Source: a virus
Length of the DNA: 64,000 nucleotides
Virus record (IMG/VR): IMGVR_UViG_3300025141_015556
Direction: 5' to 3' (one strand)
Below, in pieces: positions 58,606 through 64,000 of this stretch. The notes beneath the pieces are model-generated. The model was not told where the DNA came from. It worked only from the letters and a program-made list of their open reading frames with translations, and searched no databases. Every line of letters begins with the position of its first letter. Positions within the stretch are counted from its first letter, which is position 1. The position numbers and the translations under genes were made by a program.

Positions 58606-58965
58606 CTATTCTTCTTCAGAAAAGAAACTAATGACTTCATACTTCTTAATTGCCTTCTTAAAATTTCTCTCAGATATTCCTAATATTCTGGTAGCATCCT
58701 TTCTGGTCTTAGTTACTCCCATCGCTGCTTTAATAGCTGCATCTTTAATGAGATCTGGTAGTGACTTCCATAATAATATACCATGGATTTTGCCTCTTGT
58801 CAATCTTGCAGCTAGTTCTAATCGCAAAGCAATAATATCTTCCAGAGTTAAAGCGCCAAGCATGGCTTCAAACTCTTCAGATGATCTGCCTTCTTTTCTT
58901 AACTTGCGGGAAACGCTAAAATATCGATTGCGGCCTAGTTTTTCGTGTCGTTTGAGAGTAGCCAT
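58606..58965 (-). CDS. Fis-like helix-turn-helix protein
   Basis: C-terminal AIKAAMGVTKTRKDATRILGISERNFKKAIKKY resembles the Fis/HTH_8 pattern. Confidence 0.65.
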   Translation of the reverse strand: MATLKRHEKLGRNRYFSVSRKLRKEGRSSEEFEAMLGALTLEDIIALRLELAARLTRGKIHGILLWKSLPDLIKDAAIKAAMGVTKTRKDATRILGISERNFKKAIKKYEVISFFSEEE

Positions 58966-59756
58966 TCAACGATTTCGTCCATATCTAAGTTTACTTTTTC
59001 TTGAAGCTGCACCGGGGGTCCAGGAGGGGGAGCCTCTGGGCCGGGAGCCACCTGGGCATCAGCCGGTGTTTGAATATCTGGTGCCGGCAAGTCTGTCTGT
59101 AACTCTTCCTCGAAGCGCTCAAAGTAAAGCTTGAGATTGGTTAAAAGATAGTCCTTAAACATCGCGCGGTCTGATGGGTCATCCAAATCATCAAATGCGG
59201 TTATAACGTTCTTTTCAACGTCCTTATAGTCAGTATAAGCTCTGTTGCGGCCGGTTCTATCTTGGCCAGCCAAAGTAAAGCCTTCTACTTCATCTTCTTC
59301 GGTTGGTTCTCTTTTTTCTACATCGATAAAAGCAGGGTCATCTTCGGGTCGACCACCCACGTCGATATCGATAATCTCTTCTAGTGCCGGCGCTGTATCT
59401 GGTGCGTCAAATCTGGCATCCTCTACCTCAAGCGAAGAATCGACAGCATTTAAAATATGATTTTTATAAGATTGTCGCTGTTCTTCTTTGGAGGTAAGAG
59501 ACTTATAACCTTGGCGTAAAACACTCAAAAGATTGGTATTCTTAAAAAGGTCTTCTAGTGCGTTAATGCCGGTATTGGCATGCACAGCGTCCGTTGAAAC
59601 AGCCGGGTCGGCTTCTGTAATGAGTTGGCGGATAACGGTTCTCAGCTGTTGCTCTTCTTGTAGCTGATCGCCTCGACGTCGCTGAATTACTTTAATAGCT
59701 TCGCGAATGTGCTGCCGTAGTTGCATTTCTTGTACAAATTGTTCTCTATCGATCAT
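58935..59756 (-). CDS. Acidic hypothetical protein, probable head-internal/assembly protein
   Basis: Repeated E..LR..IR..I amphipathic motif; Pro-rich linker. Confidence 0.6.
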   Translation of the reverse strand: MIDREQFVQEMQLRQHIREAIKVIQRRRGDQLQEEQQLRTVIRQLITEADPAVSTDAVHANTGINALEDLFKNTNLLSVLRQGYKSLTSKEEQRQSYKNHILNAVDSSLEVEDARFDAPDTAPALEEIIDIDVGGRPEDDPAFIDVEKREPTEEDEVEGFTLAGQDRTGRNRAYTDYKDVEKNVITAFDDLDDPSDRAMFKDYLLTNLKLYFERFEEELQTDLPAPDIQTPADAQVAPGPEAPPPGPPVQLQEKVNLDMDEIVEWLLSNDTKN

Positions 59757-62266
59757 GATGGTGCCCCGCTATTAATTAAATAGTTCATTACTTCTTCAAC
59801 CAGCGATGTGCCTGTTAAGTTTTGATTTTTCTTTTGTTTCTCGTTTTCTTCTTCTGTGTCTAGGTCGTGCCACGGGCCGCCCTTTGCTCCGGAGGCGCCT
59901 CCTTCTATGGCTCCTCCCGCCATGGTAGACATTTCTTCTATATTAGTTTTTTTATCGATGAAAAAACCAGGATGGGAAGCTTCCCATTCCGACTCGTCAG
60001 ATACATCATCTGTTGGCTTTGTTGAGCCGCCAGGGGTTACTATTCCAGGTTTCCAGTCGCGATGCCGCAGACCTATCTGGTCCAAGTTGTGCCGGGCTCT
60101 ATTGCGCAAGACACTCACGTTCCCCCAAAACCGGTCATAGTACGGTTTGCGTATCCGGTCGAAGGTATCCCGAGCGCTTTCCTCATTTATTATTTCATCG
60201 ATTAGCCCAAGTAAATCGGAAGCGCGAAAGGTTTCCGCCAAGGGCTGTTCCTCCTCGGCCTCTTCTTGTGTGGTTCCTCCAAGAACTCTTGTAAAAATAT
60301 ATTCTGCCTGATCTTGTGAACTCTCTGGTAAGAAGGATTTAAATCTTTTTAGATCTCCGTCTAAAAGCGCTTGGCGCATTTGGCTAGCGCTCATTTTCTG
60401 AAGAGGATCCTCGCCGCCCGGAAGAGGGGTAACCATTAAAGAGCCTACCGTCAAATCTGGGCGCGCCTTTTTTATACTTTTACCGATATCTCCATGTTGC
60501 CTGTCTGCTGTACTGGCGGCAATATGTAAAGTAGAGCCCTTGGGAAGCCCTAGGGCAGAGTTATAGATAGCTTGCAAGGGGCTATTCGATACTCTCATAT
60601 CTCCATTTTTGTTTTTAATAGGTTCGCCATCCTCATCTAATACAGGCAAACCGCCTTTTGGAACAGTTATTATTGCAAGCTCATCCAGTCCTATACCATT
60701 TTCGTTTTGTAAAAGGATCCTAAGCATTTGCATAGATTGAACCAAGCTTACGCTGTCGCGAGGCGTTTCTCCGGTCACTAAATATGGTTTGGCATTAGGT
60801 TTCTTGGCGGTGGCTTCCTTAATCAAATGTATGTGCCCCTTATGAGGAGGCTTAAAGCCGCCTGGGATAAAAATAAACTCTTTTCCTTTGTTGGTAAAGG
60901 CCTCATTAAGAGGTACCAAGTCATCAAATAAATCAGCTGGTATTCCTGGTCGCGATCCCGGGAAGTTCTGCAATCCAAGCAACTGATTCATGGGAGCAAA
61001 GTTCCCAGTAAACTTATATGTATGACCATCAAAATCAAACACGAACCCTTCTGCGGCAGTGACTATTTTTTCAACGTTTTTGAGCTTCTTCATTTGTTGT
61101 GCTAAAAAGTCTTTTGCTTCGGGGCTGTGGGAATTTTCCACCGTTTGAATGATATGAGATATTTTCTTTTGAAGTTCTCCGACCTCTCTGCGGTTATCTA
61201 GAATAAAAGCGCTTTCAAGGCTTTTTAACATTTCCACTGAAAAGTCATGAATAAGATCTTCTAGCGGCTCTAAAATATCTTTTATTGTTAGCTTGGAGTT
61301 GGTAATCAGCTCTCTTATTTGTGCGTCCATTTCTGGAGTGCGATCGGGCACAGCATCAAGAATACCTTTATTGTGAAGGCCGCGGCTTCTTTTATCTGGG
61401 CCCCCTTTCACATCATAATATTCAGCATACATACGCCTATAAAGAAGCTTTCTAGCTTCGAAGTTGAGGTTTGGTAATCTTTGGTTAACGATATTTTCAA
61501 GACTATTGATTATAAACTGGCCGATGTTTTTATCATCTGTTAGACCATTAGCAGACATAAGCTTATTTAATCGAAGGATGGCCTCATCATAGATGGCACC
61601 GGTGGATAGGTTTTGAAGTTGGATAACTGCTCCAACTTGCAGACCCATCCCTTCTCTTTCGATATTGTTATAAAAAGACTCTAGATATGCTTCTAGTTTG
61701 GTGGCCTTTTCCTCGGCCTCCTCGCGAGACATACTAACAGTATTCTGGGCCTCTTCGTCATAAGCCTCGTGCCCAACACGATGGATTAAAAGAGATTCAA
61801 CATCATAGTTAATGGCATTTCTGCTGGATGCGCTCATCACCTCGGCGTTATAAAAGATATCTGCGTCTTGGCCAAAAAACTCAAGCTGCAGCGCCGGAGG
61901 CAAGCTTTGTGCAAAAGCCTCAAAAGTTGCCATGGCTTGCGCATAGGAAGCGCGAACATGTTCGGGGGTTTCTCTCTTTTTTCTAAGCTTTCCTGTTCTT
62001 AGGCCTTTAAAGGTTGGATTCTCTGCGGCCATATAAGCCATTAAATCATCAGAGTTAAACCCTCTTCTATAAGCGTGATCGTCGTTTCTTATAGCAACTG
62101 CTTCGGCGCGCACCACAGAATACGAAATGGAGATATTTTGGCCATCTGTTTTTTCAGTACCTGAAAGTTTCCCGTCAGAGGCCAGCTTGAAAACCTCTTT
62201 TAGCTTTCCAAAGGTTAGCCCAGGATCATCATATAGATGCGACATATGTCCTGCGCGGCCGCCCAT
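59753..62266 (-). CDS. Fusion of a ligase-type (KxDG) adenylation domain and a HIGH-superfamily nucleotidyltransferase domain
   Basis: N-terminal TEKTDGQN, NAEV, AEGFVF, YKFTG; C-terminal PGGFKPPHKGH ... KMSASQMR. Confidence 0.7.
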   Translation of the reverse strand: MGGRAGHMSHLYDDPGLTFGKLKEVFKLASDGKLSGTEKTDGQNISISYSVVRAEAVAIRNDDHAYRRGFNSDDLMAYMAAENPTFKGLRTGKLRKKRETPEHVRASYAQAMATFEAFAQSLPPALQLEFFGQDADIFYNAEVMSASSRNAINYDVESLLIHRVGHEAYDEEAQNTVSMSREEAEEKATKLEAYLESFYNNIEREGMGLQVGAVIQLQNLSTGAIYDEAILRLNKLMSANGLTDDKNIGQFIINSLENIVNQRLPNLNFEARKLLYRRMYAEYYDVKGGPDKRSRGLHNKGILDAVPDRTPEMDAQIRELITNSKLTIKDILEPLEDLIHDFSVEMLKSLESAFILDNRREVGELQKKISHIIQTVENSHSPEAKDFLAQQMKKLKNVEKIVTAAEGFVFDFDGHTYKFTGNFAPMNQLLGLQNFPGSRPGIPADLFDDLVPLNEAFTNKGKEFIFIPGGFKPPHKGHIHLIKEATAKKPNAKPYLVTGETPRDSVSLVQSMQMLRILLQNENGIGLDELAIITVPKGGLPVLDEDGEPIKNKNGDMRVSNSPLQAIYNSALGLPKGSTLHIAASTADRQHGDIGKSIKKARPDLTVGSLMVTPLPGGEDPLQKMSASQMRQALLDGDLKRFKSFLPESSQDQAEYIFTRVLGGTTQEEAEEEQPLAETFRASDLLGLIDEIINEESARDTFDRIRKPYYDRFWGNVSVLRNRARHNLDQIGLRHRDWKPGIVTPGGSTKPTDDVSDESEWEASHPGFFIDKKTNIEEMSTMAGGAIEGGASGAKGGPWHDLDTEEENEKQKKNQNLTGTSLVEEVMNYLINSGAPS

Positions 62267-62267
62267 T

Positions 62268-62519
62268 CTAACTCTCCTTGTTTTCTTCTAGTATATTAAC
62301 CTGTTCTTCTAGAACTTTAATCTGTTCTTGCATTTTGCGGCAATGCTTGCGCACTTCTTGTAAGTTAGATTTGGCTATTTCAACTCTGCGTGTATCTCTT
62401 TGCGATCGAGGCACGATTGCATTTAAAGTTTCTGAAATCGATTGAATGTAGGTCTGCACGCTCGGCTTTGTGCCTTCGCCTAGGAGGAACTCCCGAGTCA
62501 TTCGATTTAAATCAACCAC
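62268..62519 (-). CDS. Hypothetical coiled-coil protein
   Basis: 83 aa, heptad-like C-terminus. Confidence 0.6.
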   Translation of the reverse strand: MVDLNRMTREFLLGEGTKPSVQTYIQSISETLNAIVPRSQRDTRRVEIAKSNLQEVRKHCRKMQEQIKVLEEQVNILEENKES

Positions 62520-62521
62520 GA

Positions 62522-62791
62522 TTAACTACTCTTTTTGGTTTTTGTGGTTTTTTTTGCGGTAGGCTTACGAGTTCTCGTTTTTTTGGTTGTGGTTCGCTCG
62601 GCCTCTGGCAATATTGGATTATCTTTGCGGAAAGCCTCAATTGCCGTTTCAACCTGAATGCGCACCGGGGTTACTGTAGTGGCTTCCTCTACTGTGGCGG
62701 GCTCCGGTGTCGCGCCGCCCAGGCCCGATAGTATATTAGAAGGCAATATACCAAGCTGTACCTTTTTTAGAACTTTTCTTTTAGATGACAT
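62522..62791 (-). CDS. Small protein with Lys/Thr-rich histone-like tail
   Basis: AGGAG RBS; TTTKKTRTRKPTAKKTTKTKKSS. Confidence 0.65.
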   Translation of the reverse strand: MSSKRKVLKKVQLGILPSNILSGLGGATPEPATVEEATTVTPVRIQVETAIEAFRKDNPILPEAERTTTKKTRTRKPTAKKTTKTKKSS

Positions 62792-62806
62792 TATTTTATC
62801 TCCTTG

Positions 62807-64000
62807 TTACTTATCTTCCGGGTCGCGACCTTGCGCGATATTCCACGTATCAGATCGGTACGGGTTCCATTTCACCTCGGGGTTTGCCTGAAGGCCTGAA
62901 ATGTCTCCGCCGGTATCGATGCTAGGTATGATGTCCGTATCTAAGAAATCTTCAATCCCGTAGCCTTCTCCCGAAGACTTTGTGGGAAGCACCCCGGTTC
63001 GCGCGCCTAGTTCGGCGGCTCCCAAGTAGCCGGCGGCACCTGCGAGGCCGACCTTGCCTCCCCTCTTTGCACTCGCGATGTCGGCGGCTCTACCGCGCGC
63101 TCTTCGTGCAGCATGCTTTGCGCGTCGGTCGACCTCGTTGCCGGCAATGCGCCGGATTTCAGGGTCCCATGGACCATAGACGGGCGCGCCACCACGGACC
63201 TGGGGGGAACCGGCGGGGACATCGACTGCGTACGGCAATCGATGACCACTCACACCGCTCGCGGGACCTTTTCTCATCTTCGCATCTCGGCCGGAGATTC
63301 TGTCGTCAAAGGAGCGCTCAATCGTTCCATATCCCTGCTCCGCGCGAGTACCTAAGCCGTGCTTGAGGTTGGCGTCTTTTGCTATTTGGCCGGCAAGCTT
63401 ATCAATGGCGGCGGTCCTCTCAGCCGTCGCGAGGGCCCGGGCTTTGGCCGCGGCTTCTTCTGCGGCTGCTGCTGCGCGAGTGCGCTCGGACCATGCAGGC
63501 GCGGCGGTCTCCAGATCGATCAGCGGATTGTGAAGTGCTGCGCTTTCTGCTTCATTAAGCCTCTCGAATATTCTTTTAGCTACATCGCGAGCTTGATCAA
63601 TGGTGAGAGATTCTTTATATGTGCGTGTCGATGTGGTAACTGTGCCAAAGTTTTTGCCGTACTTTTTCTCTGCGTCCGATACTGCAGTGTCCATTTTATC
63701 AAAAGCACTGTCGGCACCTGTCTTTGCCGCCGGCGCAGATGGCCCGGGACCAGGAGATCGCTTCACCGCCGGCGAAGGAGGCGTAGAAGGCTTCGCCGCA
63801 TCTAGCTTGGCTGTTTCGCGCTCCATCTCGGCAAACGCGTCTTCAGGGCCCTCCTCAAGGTATTTGGGCTCTCCGAAGTCTGGGACGGGCTGTTCCTTCC
63901 AGCGCCAGCTGTCGTCAGGCGGCGGCCCGGGCTCTTTGGCGTAAGGTTCTGGGGCGTGCGAGGCGGGTGGCTCGGCGAAGGGGTCAAGGCCCGAATCAAA
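62807..64000 (-). CDS. Ala/Pro/Gly-rich low-complexity protein, 5'-truncated by the window edge
   Basis: The frame of the 339-aa track ORF stays open from 63826 to 64000 (FDSGLDPFAEPPASHAPEPYAKEPGPPPDD...). Confidence 0.65.
   Translation of the reverse strand, partial: FDSGLDPFAEPPASHAPEPYAKEPGPPPDDSWRWKEQPVPDFGEPKYLEEGPEDAFAEMERETAKLDAAKPSTPPSPAVKRSPGPGPSAPAAKTGADSAFDKMDTAVSDAEKKYGKNFGTVTTSTRTYKESLTIDQARDVAKRIFERLNEAESAALHNPLIDLETAAPAWSERTRAAAAAEEAAAKARALATAERTAAIDKLAGQIAKDANLKHGLGTRAEQGYGTIERSFDDRISGRDAKMRKGPASGVSGHRLPYAVDVPAGSPQVRGGAPVYGPWDPEIRRIAGNEVDRRAKHAARRARGRAADIASAKRGGKVGLAGAAGYLGAAELGARTGVLPTKSSGEGYGIEDFLDTDIIPSIDTGGDISGLQANPEVKWNPYRSDTWNIAQGRDPEDK

Noticed and set aside
1-64000. 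Numerous plus-strand and short nested ORFs in the track
   Set aside because: They are antisense or out-of-frame shadows of long, motif-bearing minus-strand genes and show no recognisable motifs.
1-64000. Stop-codon reassignment as in some large phages
   Set aside because: Genes are full length under code 11, and TAA, TAG and TGA all end genes at sensible junctions.

Overview
This 64 kb window is part of a large lytic myovirus-like (probably jumbo) bacteriophage genome, not a bacterial chromosome. Every credible gene is on the minus strand in standard code 11, tightly packed with ATGA/TAATG overlaps. In coordinate order: (i) 1-21.3 kb, a contractile-tail baseplate module, including a >2,770-aa LamG-containing protein missing from the ORF track, gp6/J-like and gp25-like wedge proteins, a 2,089-aa protein, a spike-like protein and an M23 peptidase; (ii) 21.3-23.2 kb, a T4 gp55-like late sigma factor, an FmdB zinc ribbon and small proteins; (iii) 23.2-48.9 kb, an island of about 28 nucleotide-sugar, nonulosonic-acid, tailoring and glycosyltransferase genes with no membrane export or polymerase genes; (iv) 48.9-54.8 kb, a Cas4-like nuclease, PIN-PhoH, a cytidylyltransferase and a SpoU RNA methyltransferase whose frame ends inside a tRNA-Arg(UCU); (v) 55.8-59 kb, three secreted metzincin paralogues, a lipoprotein and a lone Flp pilin downstream of a tmRNA and a Fis-like regulator; (vi) 59-64 kb, probable head-internal proteins including a ligase-fold/HIGH nucleotidyltransferase fusion. 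The best candidates for new biology are a possible virion glycosylation system (the glycan island plus a strongly enriched [S/T]-[G/A/S]-S motif in selected structural proteins), the SpoU/tRNA overlap that would make a non-stop mRNA near a phage tmRNA, a repeat-flanked methyltransferase cassette, and the pilin/protease surface module. All functional calls come from reading motifs by eye; no database search was run.
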